DNA of 64,000 nucleotides from Blasia pusilla. Taxonomy: Eukaryota. Both the position numbers and the translations under genes were made by a program. The stretch covers positions 30,070,001-30,134,000 of the forward strand of contig CM114271.1 of assembly GCA_050084515.1 (NCBI GenBank), written 5' to 3'. Positions 23,431-36,110 of this stretch are shown piece by piece. Within the stretch, counting starts at the first letter, position 1, and each line of letters opens with the position of its first letter. The notes beneath the pieces were generated by a model that saw only the letters and a program-made list of their open reading frames with translations, had not been told where the DNA came from and did no database searches.

Positions 23431-26400
23431 ACACAACATCTCAAATATTGCTCTCCCATCCTTTCCACACCGGTGGTCTGCTCATCTCAAGGAATCTACA
23501 TTGCTATGGGAAATATTTTGGAATCTTTCTCAAATCAGCTCTGTCTCTGGTCCAGTTTTCACAACTGGACTCAACTTTTTGCGAGCTTTCCAATGACAAA
23601 TTCACATCTCATAAAATCTTGGACAATCTAATACCATTGTGCCCTCCTTACATTTGCTTCTTGTTTGATTTTCCTCATGCCCAAAAATCATTCGATTTGG
23701 TCCAAAATCAAGCATACCTCACTCAAAATCAGCAACGAAGTGCCCACACACTTGCTGACTTGCCCACTCTCAATCAGTTCACGATTAACAATGATTTCTT
23801 CACCACAATTGTCTCGGGAACTCTATCCTTACAATTTGATCCTTAATTGCTCCACTCTTGTGCAACTCCACTAGGCTTGAGAAGTCCCCCCCTCTTCAAA
23901 TTCTGTCAAATTTGTCACATTGCACACATTTCTCAATTTAGAACATCTCACTTCGATTTCAAGAATTCTTTTGCCCCATATCTTCCCGCATTGTCAGGAT
24001 ACACTAGCTTGCAATTCCTGCAAACCCCATAGCACCACAATTGTGTTGTACACCATAAATTGAGTCTGAATTTCTCTTCTATTGAGAACCACTGTGCATC
24101 TCCTTAGGATATAAAGTTGAATACGCACTGTAAACTCTGATGAAATCTGCAATCAACCGTGCTTCATCCAAACAGCCATATGCACACTCATGATTCAGAT
24201 ACACCCTGGTGTAACAGCAAGAGGAAGTATACACAAGGATTCCCAAAATTTATGATCTCCTTATTGATCACTCCTAGCCCACTCTTTAAGAGAGAATCCA
24301 TGCTCAATACATGCAAGTCGCGTTGTATCACGGATCCCAACAAGGGTCTGCAATCCTAAGGAGATGAGCTCCAAATAAGCCTCATCTCTTGGACACCTCC
24401 ATGGGTAACATGTACACAAAGGTCACCTCCCTCTTAGCAGGCCACTACCCAATTGTAGTACATCCATACTAGCTCCCTAACAACTACACATGTGGTCCCC
24501 TCATGAGACCAACTACCAACTAACCCACGACCTTATAGGTCCAAGTGGAGCCATACATGGTTGGGAAGGTCAACCTCTCCAAGGTTGCCATTCCTCATGA
24601 AGGGAAGGATGACATATAATAGGTCACCTCCTAAGAGCAGGTCACATATGACCTCTCAAAATAGGGAAGTACAAAATCCCTCTAAGGCCTCGATATTATC
24701 TCGCCCTATGCCTCATCTGCCATGACAATGTCTTTGAGATTTGTATGAAGAAATCATGCATGTTTAGCACTTTTCTATATGATATCAAACCAATAGGAGA
24801 ACATCCATTGAAATTCTTGGTGTTTCATAAGAGAAGAGAGGCAAGAGAAGGCATAAATATAGTTTGATAGACTAAATGAGAGAGCACCGGAGTGAGCTTG
24901 AAGCCTAGGTCAAACTAGAGGTCTTTGAATAGGTGGTCTAAAGATGGATGAGGTGGTGAATATGCACATGGAGGAGATAGAGGCCTACCACCTAAAGGGA
25001 TTCAAGGAGACCTCGATTGTAAGGTTGGTATGGTTGCACAGATAGAGCAATTACAACAACTAGCATCCCTTATGGCATTAAGAGCTGCACATGCCGAGGT
25101 TTTCCAACTAGCCAACACATTACATGGGCATGGACATGTTATGTTTACCTCATATTTAGAGGTAGTCATGAAGGCTGTGATGGATGTGCCCGTAGATCTT
25201 CGGCTTAGACGTCTACCACTAGTTCATGCAATTTGCAACCTCTAGATTGTAGGAGATGCACACTAGAACCACTATAGAAAATATCATGGTTTCAAAATTC
25301 ACATAGAATATTGCTATTGGAAAACCAACTTAAAGTACATATTTTCCATTTGGTTAGATTAAGAGGTAGAGTTTATTGCCCACAATATGTCTTGCTAGAT
25401 CTAAGAGTGAAAACCTTAATGTTAGGGAAGGTGATTTTAATAGTTTTGGTCCTAACTCGTGTTAATTCTTAGTATTTTCAATTTCATATTCACATATTAT
25501 GAGATGGTGCCAATACAACATTGTTTACCATCTAACATCAGATAATGGCAAGGTTTCGATCAAAGTATTTGACAAATGAGTTATTAGTACAGGATAAGAT
25601 GTCATGCGCAGACACATCACTACACAACATACGTCGTTGTCATGCATATATAACATACACTAAACACATCACATCCATTTATACACCATTATACGAGAAG
25701 GATACATAATTGTTACCCTTATATCATACTCTAATGGACTCACACTAGGATGGAAGTGCGTCGGAGTCTCACAAGTGAGACATGAGTTGCAAAAGAGAGA
25801 TGCAAGCCTTCATGGGTATCTTAGATGATGTCCTAGGGGAGGTTGACCAAATGTCAAGTGGGCCTTATGAAAAGGTCAAGTCCCATGAGAGTTGGGTACA
25901 CAGGGGAATACGACCTTATTTTGAACTTTTTTGAGCGTTTATATATTTTAGATCATAACAACTATATCCAAGAGGAAGTTGGGATTAAAGAGATAGCATC
26001 AAAAAGATTGTGAGAATCCAATTCTAAGGCACTAAAAAATATGGACAAACGTATGAGTAGAGGTCTAGAAACTATCCCAAATTTTTGGAATGCTAGTTGG
26101 GTTGGGGTGGATTTAGGGTTTAGGAGGAGCAAACCAAGTGGACTTCCTTAGATATAGGGATGGGGTGGACATCTCTAGAATTCTATATAAGGGAAGAGTC
26201 TCCAAGGGTTTTAGGAATCTAAACTCCACCTTGGAAACCATGGGAATGAACCAAGAACACGGGATGGATTGAGATATTAGCATCGGGATTTTCAACCCAT
26301 GCCAAGTCCAAGTGGATCCATTCTGGATACCAACCTTGGACCTTAACCCATGACTCAGATATTCAGTCTCGATTAGAGCTCCTTTGAGGTCTATCGGGCA

Positions 26401-26599
26401 ATTGGGACTACTAGGCGCGTTAGCACCGTTTGATGTACCTAGACTAATAAGGAAATATATCCCAAGTATCAAATGACTTGCCTGTGTTGGGATCATATAA
26501 TGACCTAATCCCTCACTCCACTTGGATTAGGTCATTATATGATCTCTATCTAGATCAATTCAGAGTACATGATGACCTAAGACCCATGGTTCCACAAAA

Positions 26600-28000
26600 A
26601 TGAATAAGTCCGCCCTTAAGACAAACATGGACGGACAAGTTTGGACATGTCCAAGCATATGGATTGCAAAATATGGGGCCCACACTTATAGTTCATGGTA
26701 GAAGGCAATGCAAGGCTAGAGGGGCAATAATGTAGGAAGAAATGAGAAAGTGCGGGTCACAAAGGCAAGTTGGGAGGGAGATGAGACGAAAGATGGGAAA
26801 GAAGGGGGAGATGGGGCCCACATGGACAAGTCCTTCTATAGGACATACGTAAGTCCATGAACATCGACATATTTGCAGATATAGACTTTGTCTATAAGCA
26901 ACCTTGCCTAAGACCCAAACTCGAGAGATGCAAGGTTGGTTGACCCAAGTCATGGGTGATTTGGGTATAGATGAGTAATCAGAGTATGACTTGCTAAACA
27001 CAAGCTTCTTCGACATAAAGTATTGATGTTCAAGGGAGTAGGTGAAAAATATGTGGTATAAGAGCCAATCTTTGGTGAGATTGAACTCATTGCTGTCAGT
27101 CTTGATCGTACGTTTGGGAGAACATAAGGTTGCAATTGAGGAGAGATACGAGGAAAGGATTTGAATAGAAAAAGGCTTGAGGATGGCAACGGTGGGTGGA
27201 GCTTTGCCAAAACCTCGACTCAAGTAATGAAAACCAAGAGACAAACCATTACCTAGCTAGGAGCCAAAGATGGAGACTATGGTTCCAAATACTCTAACAA
27301 GCTTTAGGCATCAATATGTCCCAGATGCAAATGCTTCAATGGGCCCTACCGCTCCAAGTTAAAATAACACGACACTCTATGTTCAAATAATGGACCTCAT
27401 AAAGCTCATGTCAGCACAAATAACCCCATAGAGTTAGCAGATTGATGAGTTAGAGACAGATTGCGCATTAATTTATGGAAAGAAACCTTGTAAGATAAAA
27501 TTGCCCACTTCATTCGTAGGAATGGGCCGTGCACATAAGGTTAAAGAGCTCTTTATCAAACTTGAACTTTAATTTGAAGCATAAAGGATAGAGGAGAAGG
27601 ACAAGATTAATGTGGTAGTCATGTTTTTGAAGGATCATACCCTCTAATGGTGGATGACCTATCATAAGAAATATTTAAGCATTGTTTCCCCTTTGAATCT
27701 AAAGAGTTGGTTGGTGATTGATTTGCTCCGGATTTCAAGGCGTTGCAGACAAGTAGGATCCTTAAGCGCTTAAATACATGCTTTTAGCGCAATGTTAAAC
27801 TCAATAATATAGGTATGTTTGCAAACAAGATTCTCTTCTTTAATGAACTTAAACCTACTATTGGGAAAGGCCCTCTTACGAATTCTAGAGCCACTAAAGA
27901 CTTGCGTGGAACTATATCCACACAAGTGTGAGTTCTTCTATGATCAAGTTGAGTACTTTAGTTATACCATCATTGTTGAAAAAAAATGGATAAGTTTGTA
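26600..28000 (+). mobile_element. Decayed Ty3/gypsy fragment (LTR-like region, gag and short RT piece)
   Basis: About 27500-27660 translates KIKLPTSFVG...RIEEKDKINVVVMFLKDHTL*WW (Ty3 gag-like). About 27900-27965 gives LYPHKCEFFYDQVEYF (RT C-terminal motif). Confidence 0.6.
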
Positions 28001-28989
28001 TATAAGACGTACATGGAGTGCCAAGTCCTGACATGGATTATAAGAGGTGGGGCCCACAATTTATTGCTTATTTAAGGAGGTAGGATGGGGTCGGTTGAGG
28101 CAACAAGGAGAAGGCAGCAGAGGTGGTGGTAGGAAGTAACAAGTAAGTAGAGAATACAGAGGCGACTGGGGGATAGGAAAGGGGAAAGGTGGGGCCCATA
28201 TATACAAATCCTTTAATCGTAGAATATTTCAAGTGGAGCCATGAAGGTAACAAAACTTTGGCGATATTTTTTAGGACTTCCCCAATTAAACCAACAATCT
28301 AGATGGTTAGCATTCATGATGATACCATATTGTTCTAACCTTCATAAAGAGCTCTTGGATCTAGCATTCCAATGCATCCAAAATCGTTTGATTCTAATAT
28401 CCTGAGTTCTTGTAATAGAAATTTTAGTATAGAAAAGTGCAATTAATGATGGAAAGTTATGCAATTTTATTTGTGCACGCCAATTTCAACTAGTTCTTTC
28501 ATATAGTTGGTTAAATTGGGCTAATTTCATGTCTCTTTCTATATAGGAGTAGCTTATGCTTCAATTGGAATAGTGTGGAGCATGGAATTAAGATTTGTGA
28601 ATAAAATTATTCTTGGTGGAGTATTCCTATAACTCTCAAGCTTATAAGATCACTCTAGAGTTTCTTAATGGGAGAATACCCGTCGAGGCCTTTCCTCTTT
28701 CTTTATATATTTAGAGATAAATACAATGAAAATAATTAAACTCTTTCCATCTTTATCCTACGTGTCCTCTTCTTATTGCATGAGAGGATCTTATTTGGAT
28801 TGTAATGTCCCTATCTCATCTTATCACATTTACACCAATCTCATCATTATCTTACTCTTCACCAATCTATGACCCCACTCTCATCTTTATCTCATATTGT
28901 GCTACATGCTATAGAATCTAATTTAACTATGACTAATAAATTATGATTATAATTCCTCAACAATAACTACAAGCAAAAGGTTAGATAAG

Positions 28990-30950
28990 AAAAATTAAAA
29001 TGTCTATAACTTTTGCATGAAATAATTTTTCATGGGTCAAGAACTATGGTAGCTTGTTACAACTAATGAGGCGAAGCCAAAAGATGAATAAATAGACTTG
29101 GAACATATTTGCAAGGCAAGTAATCTACTATATCTCAATAATAATGAGTTTGCCAATGATTTGTCACATTCAAGATGTTGATACATACTTATTAGAGAAG
29201 CTATTGTAGATATCTATAAAGTTCGGGAATCTTTAATTGAAACAATAATTGGACGAAGCCAAGAAAGGACCACAAAGCAATATCAAATATATTTTTGATT
29301 AGTTGAATAATATTAGAGAGACAACATAAGATTATGGTACAATTTTTTCACTCTTCAACGCCTTCAAAAAAATTATAAGTCTTTCAAGATCTCTATCTTT
29401 GTTGAAAATAAGTATCCAACCTTTCAAGAGTTAGTCTCAAAGTGAAGAAGTAAGGAGATACATCTAGTCGATAATAATAGGTCGTATAGTATAAAAGAAA
29501 ATCATCTATCTGTAGGTAACATATAAGACAAGAGAGATAGTGGTAGAATCTTTTGTGGTTGTGAAATATATCAAGAATATGGAGGAAGAGACACTTAACA
29601 TAGTTTCACTCAATTAACTTTGAAACAATACTAGAAAAAATCACAAGATGATGATAATGGTGGAAATCGTAGAGAATCCTTGGATCTTGCAATTACTATG
29701 CAAATTCTCTTCAAGAAGAAGAGAAAATTATAATATATAAGATTGAGGCAGAAAATCCTTGGATCTTGCAATTACTATGCAAATTCTCTTCAAGAAGAAG
29801 AGAAAATTATAATATATAAGATTGAGAGTCTTATAGTGACAAAACTATGTAGAGCAACAACATCCAAGTATAGTTTCAAGACCAACAATACTCACAAACT
29901 AAACATCTCTTAACTATGACTCATCACGTATGAACAATGGTAAAAAAAGACTCTATATGAGATTGATACATCAACTCAAATGACCTCACAAGCTAATGGT
30001 TTAATAGTATAAAGCCTATAAAAGATCCTCCAATAGTGTTCACATGACTTGATACACAATATCATATCATGTTTACCAATAAAGTTATTATAACATAAGA
30101 TAGTCTTTGTGCTTTTGGAAATATTCTCTATATTTCTACCTTTGCGAGAAATTTGATTTATGTATGAGAAATAGTAGAAGAGGGATATCACAAGAAGTTT
30201 AACACAAATAGTTATTTCAGTGAAACAATGAAGGACTAAATTACAATAGCAAAAAAATCAAGATCTTGTAGCATGTTCAAATTAGATGTTTTTATCGTAG
30301 AGATTGAAACATTAATGTCTAATTAAATTTATTAGCAAGTCATAGATCTTAAGATATGGTGTAAGAAAATTAGAGATATCAATCTTCAAATAGTATAGAG
30401 TATTTAATAATCTAATATAGTAATAGGAATTTCTAAATTGTCAAGTTATTCTAAGCTATAGGTATGCCCTACTTGCTCATTTGAAGAATAAATTGAATTT
30501 ATATTTGCAAAGCCAAGAAGAAGAACATCCAAGATATTTGAGTTTATTCATAGTGATCTATGGATAATATTACAACATAACCGTAGTGGTTTCCAATACT
30601 TTATTATTGATGAATTTTCTAGATATATATGGATATATTTGTTGAAAATCAAGTTAGAAGTAATTTTTGTGTTCCAAACATTCAAAAGTTTGGTAGAGAA
30701 ATAGACTAGGCAACACATTCTTAATTTATGTTAGAATGGAGGAAGAGAGTATCTCTCAACAACTTTCATTGACCACTTTGGTCAAAATGACATCCAATGA
30801 TATTTCATTTGCCATCACATTCCACAACAAAATGGAGTGGCTATGTGGAAAAATCAAGATTTTTTTTAAGGCAGTCCGTGTTATGTTTGATAAGAAGAAC
30901 ATACCTAGGGTATATTAGGCACATGCTATAGTATCCACAGTCTTCTTAAT
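28990..30950 (+). mobile_element. Decayed Ty1/copia element, 5' part (gag to integrase)
   Basis: About 30545-30860 gives IHSDLW, FIIDEFSRYIWIYLLK, NGGR/EYLS and IPQQNGVA, which are copia integrase motifs. Confidence 0.75.
29675..29826 (+). repeat. Direct duplication of 73 bp (period 79)
   Basis: AATCCTTGGATCTTGCAATTACTATGC...TATAAGATTGAG is identical at 29675-29747 and 29754-29826. Confidence 0.95.
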
Positions 30951-30999
30951 TTTCACCTCTTTTAGGATAGATCGGTGAGATCTAGTAGAGCACCTTCGT

Positions 31000-31531
31000 G
31001 AGTAGTGGAGGACATGCTCCGTAGGTCAAGGATGAGGTGTTGAGGCCTTAAGAAACCTGAGTTTCGGCTAATTTGGAGCCATATTGAGAAACTTACTATT
31101 TTAGGTAAGTGCCATTTTTACTATATGGTCAACTTTCTATTTATGTTAAGTGGCCTTTGACCTCCTACATCAGGTCAAGAGCCAAGGAGGTGACTTGGGA
31201 GCATAGGTTACCATGGAGAGAGCTTGGGAGAGGGAGGGGTATACATCAAGGAGAGAGAGCTTGAGAGCTCATTCTCTCTTTGTTGAACCTCTTGGCATGA
31301 GGCGGCGCAATCCAAGCCTCTCATTAAGAGAGTGGGTTTGGTTTGACATTGAAAGAGATATGTGAGAGTGCACACATGTTATAACTATGGTGTTGTGAGA
31401 GAAATTGGAGATATTTTGGTACTTCTTGTCTCGTTGTTTGGATGCCATGAATTAACATGGGATCGTGCCTGTTTGAGTGTGTGTTCGGTGATAGCAATGT
31501 ATGTTGTGTAGCGATGTGTATACGCACGACA
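31000..31531 (+). mobile_element. Partial LTR related to the termini of the DNMT-bearing gypsy family
   Basis: Ends ATGTATGTTGTGTAGCGATGTGTATACGCACGACA, a near-exact reverse complement of 14885-14920. Its upstream part weakly resembles the reverse complement of 24150-24700. Confidence 0.6.
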
Positions 31532-31588
31532 TAGTCAATTGAAATCCAAAGAAGGAGAGTCAAGTTCTTGCAGTTGCCCGGGGGGGAT

Positions 31589-32175
31589 TGTTTAGTAAAC
31601 GGGTTGGAGAAGCTTACAAGAAAATTCCTTTAATCATAGGCAGGAAAGCCTCACAAGCGAGCGTGTTGTTGTAAAGGCATGGCACAAAGAAGGCGCGGCC
31701 GACCCAAAGATATGTGTGTAGTGTAGAAAGGAGAGGTCATAATAGGGGGCCGCTAGGTGGTGCATATGGTTGTGTGCACGTCATCGGGGTCCAGGTAAGA
31801 GAGGAGGGAGCACGTTGCGTCATAGGGATGTGTGCAAATCCTAGGCTTGCAGTTATGTAAGATCTACAAGTATGGGTACATGCGAGATGCGGATCGTAGG
31901 TACAACGTAGTTGCCTAGTACGTTGTACCTACGAGGAGTGAAAAAGTGTGCCACGGCGAAGGGGATGAGGGTTGCGATGGAGTTATGGGTTTTTCAGTGG
32001 GGAATATATGGGAGCTCATATGTTGGCGCGACACCATGAGAGGGGCCAAGCGCCCAATGCAAGTTGGGAGTGAATGAGTTGGGGAAGGCTGAGACAAAGT
32101 TGGGGCTACGAAGAGTTGAGCGGGGATAGCCGCAAGGAGCTTAGCCGTGAGCCGTATTTGGCTAACCGCTTAACA
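31589..32175 (+). mobile_element. LTR (TG...CA) preceded by a polypurine tract
   Basis: A GGGGGGGAT PPT lies immediately before TGTTTAG at 31589. The segment ends TTAACA at 32175. Confidence 0.5.
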
Positions 32176-35100
32176 TATTGCATGCTAAAAAATAATCTTC
32201 TTCATCTTAAGAGAAGAGATTGAGACAATCATCATTGCTAAGGTCTGCATTTGCAAAAGAAAAAAAGTTGAATCAATTTTGTATGTGATAGTAGGACGTT
32301 CCTATCTAGAACCTTGTTTGCGCTAACATGCATCTCCCCATGGCCTTTGGCCAATTGGCATATCAACTAAGAGCACATATATGGCCATGTCTTTAAACAT
32401 ACCCCTCATTATCCAAGGAACATGACTTTGGTCGAGAACTTTCTTTCCTAGAAGGACATATCTCTCTAAAGCTCTTTTTTTTGTTATACGACATAAGCTC
32501 ATTGCGGAGACCAGATTGATGGACACAAATGGAAAGTTTGGAGTTAAGATCCCTACCCTTGGCAACAATGTAAAATAGCTCCACTTTTGTGGTATGCTCC
32601 TCATTATTACTGAGACGCCTCTTGTGTTTCATTTATGATCTTGAAGAGGTGGGTGTTTGAGTGATATCATATTCAACTAGTATCTCTTTTGGAGGGTTTA
32701 TGTTTCTTCCCCATTGAGATACCAATTACTCAGAAGAACCAACATCATTTTGCTTTGGCTTGAGGGACCTAAGCTTGATTGTCAATTTTTCCTTAGTAGT
32801 TACAACTTTGCTAAGGACCTTGTGAGTTTCCTTGGTTGACTCCTTGGCGGAAGCTTTGTAATGTTGGCTTGCAACGTCAAGATGGTGTGTTTTCCAAGAA
32901 AATATACAGCATCCCAAAAATACCATCTCCACAACCAATCTACCATGACTCCATTTGTTATTTTGGATGAATGGTACACCCCTTCTTCTCTACTTTAATA
33001 CATTCAAGGCTTACCTTCATCAATCGAATGCGCTCTTCTTCACAAAGACTAGCCAAAGCAAATATGTGGACCCGGTCAAATGATATCCTCTCGCCCATTT
33101 CCAATTTTGGATCTTCATCTTACTTCCTTTAATCTTTCACTATCGCCTTCACTTTCGGATAGAAATTAGGACCGCATTCAAGGTTAAGAATGGAGATGAA
33201 CCTTTTCATTTTATTTGAAAAATTATGCATCATGGAGTTTATATGTTTCTCCCTCTCTTATGTAGTAACATCATCAATCCTTTCTTGAAGCTCTACCAAT
33301 GTTGCCCATTTTGCCACATCCACCCTAGATCAATAGAGAATTGTAAGTGCGGTATCCTACAAAATGTAATGGTTAGGCCAATTCTTCTTCCAAATAGTTG
33401 CCCCCTTAGCAAGCATGTCGTCGACGAGAGGTCCAAGTACTCTGCAATATATGGAGGGATGGGTAGTCAAAACCCTCTTCACACCGTTACAATCCTAGAT
33501 CCCATGATGGGAGATGTTCCCCTCACCCACAATTCTGAAAAATGTGAGATTGCAAAGTAAGTGAGGAAGAGTGATAGAAGGCAACATTGGTGACCTCTCT
33601 CTTTGTAACGACTTGCCAAAAATTCTACAAAGTTGACAGTTATCTACTCTAGGCAATCCCTTGCATTACGACATGTCACTTGTTACTAGGAATGGTGACC
33701 CATCCCTTTGCGATGTGTCTCCTATCGCTCTTACTTATGCAACTCTATCAAAGGCAATAGGTTGATTCCTTGGCCATTTGTGGCCATGAATCAATCCATT
33801 ATAAAGCGATAAATTGCTTTGGGTTCCAAGACCCACTTTGCAAAATGATCTAGTTGACATGTCAAAGAGCAATGAGGAGCCATGATCCTTGGTAGGGTGT
33901 TAGATTTTCATGTTGTTACTTCAAAGGCTCTTGGAAACCCATCACTCTCCAATATATTTGGAGAGTGTTGGGTGTTACTTACGAGTTCATATTATTCTTG
34001 GCCAACTCTACGTTGACCATTTGGTGGGGGTAAGGGTTTAGGTTCACCTCCTCTATTGCAAAATAGAAGTTCTAAGATATTTCTCCCACTTTGCAAATTG
34101 ATGATTACTATCCAATATGTAAAAATACAACTAGGTCATCCACTTGTTTTCCATGCACTCCACATCAATATTTTGTCTCTCCCAATTTTTGTCCCATTCA
34201 TTGCGGTCTTCCTCTATGAAAAAATACTATAAAAAATTCTCATCATAGGGTTCAATGTAGAATGGCGGAAAAGTCTCCATGTAAGAAGTTATCAAAACGA
34301 AGTTTTTGAGGGTTTGCACACTTTCGTTCGCTTCAAGCTCCCAAATATAATGCATGTTTCTCAACCTACATAATAGGATCCTCCGTACTCTAAGATCCCC
34401 AACCACCATAATTTGTTTAATTTCCTAAAAACTAGTTCAAAGTTTAGTTGCAATTTAATTCTATTAAATTTTGGATTGGGAATGGGTATACCCTCTCAAA
34501 TATTTGATGAGCGTCCTCCCGTTTAGCGTTTCAAGGAAATCATGTGAAGACTCAACCGTCCAAGTGATAATAAGAGGGGGAGAAAGGAAATCACGTGAGG
34601 ACTCACATGATTTCCTTTCTCCTCCTCTTCTTCTCACTTAAGGACTTGCATTGTCCATGCATGCCTCTTCTTCTTCGTTGACTTGAAGCCCTTCGCCTTA
34701 GCTTTGGATTTTAGCATCTCTTTGTCAAGAGACATGACACTTGCAAAGGAGGCTCCTAAAAAGCCATTTAGAAGATCCACACCCTTTCACATACGTGTTA
34801 AACGTCAAAAAAATTATGTTTAGCAATTATCTTGTTCTGAATTCTAACCTTGCATCCACTCGTAGAGAAACCTAACAATCAACTAGTAATAAAAACTATG
34901 ATCCTCAAGTGAAGAACTAGATCCCACCTGATGAAGAATTGCATCAAATCGGATAAGATTTAGTAAGATGAGCTCTGCAAACTAAATCGCACAAGGTTTT
35001 GTCTAGATTTTGAAATGGAATGCATGGTAATGGGCAGGATTATATATGCCTACAAACCATAACAACTAGTCATCCTTGCTCACGATCATCAATCTCGTAG

Positions 35101-35439
35101 TAGAGATCCATTCAGTCATTTAATTGCCAAAAATGACAACTTGAAAGGTACCCCAAAGATCTACGCTATCTAGATCTTGATTGGATACATACGATCAAGA
35201 TTGAGATAGCATGGATCTTTCCATGATGAAAATCAGATGAAAAATATATTGCTATTCGATTACACTAACTAAGAATCAAGCTGAACTTAACCTCAAAAAG
35301 AGGGAATCCATCTTTAATACATATTGGAAATCTCCTATACAAAACTTTGCTCGGAAGGCTCAACTATTGAAGGATAAACAAAGGAGAACATGTCACTCTT
35401 GGCATCTCCTTACCTAACTCCACACATGGCCTCCCTATC

Positions 35440-36110
35440 GAGACTTACTATCTACTCTCGTTAATATTGTCATATTTTCATCTGCTCTCTTAAAATATGG
35501 TATGACGACTTGTAAGCCAATTCGACAACATTAGATGATAGTGTGAAGTTGAGAGTGGATGGAGAAGTATTTCTTGTAGATTCTAATATGTACAAGCATG
35601 TGGCAAAAGTTTGATTTTATCTAAAAAATTGTAGGCTAGAATTTAGCCACATGGTTGGCTTGGGGAGCTACTTTATGCGAGCACCTCTACAACCTCATCT
35701 TCATGTTGTAAGGAGGATTATGTGATATGGAAATTTTTTGTTTAGTTAGGGATTTGATTCAAACCTTCCCCAACTTTATAGTCATATGGATTTACATATT
35801 GTGCTTGGGCAAGAAGTATGTCTATAATAGACACTCTAAATTAGGGCATTCCTTCACCTTCGGAAGTGAAATTCTAAGGTGGGCTTCAAAGAAGCAACCT
35901 AAAGTCGCTTCCTGGTCAATATAGGTTGAGTATAAAAGAGAAACTAATATAGTATGTGAGGCCACGTGGCTTTATCAATTGCTTGTTGAGATTAGTATCT
36001 TATGACTTTTTATAATATATACAAATACTATTAGAAGCATTATACTTGCCAATAATCACGTTCTATGCTCAAGCAAAGGATATAGAGATGCACTACATTT
36101 ATGTAGAAAT
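35440..36110 (+). mobile_element. Decayed Ty1/copia RT/RNase H, 3' part
   Basis: KYGMTTCKP, MYKHVAK/LIYL, FMRAPLQPHLHVVRRI, WASKKQPKVASWS*VEYK and CEATWL are copia RT/RNase H motifs. Confidence 0.8.

Larger units (their letters stand above)
14885..24727 (-). mobile_element. Decayed Ty3/gypsy LTR retrotransposon carrying a DNMT3-like methyltransferase and a PHD finger (copy 1)
   Basis: Minus-strand order: gag (~21420-20700), CX2CX4HX4C knuckle (~20408-20367), DNMT3-like (~19380-18890), RT with YIDD (~17990-17340), RNase H (~17150-16750), integrase (~16350-15300), PHD (15240-15103), PPT (15035-15025) and a TG...CA terminal segment (15024-14885). The outer 5' terminus TGTCATG at 24727 is tentative. 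Many stops and frameshifts. Confidence 0.9.

Noticed and set aside
14880-24732. Target-site duplication for copy 1
   Set aside because: The flanks (ACAGT versus ATGTC) do not match, so the 24727 boundary remains tentative.
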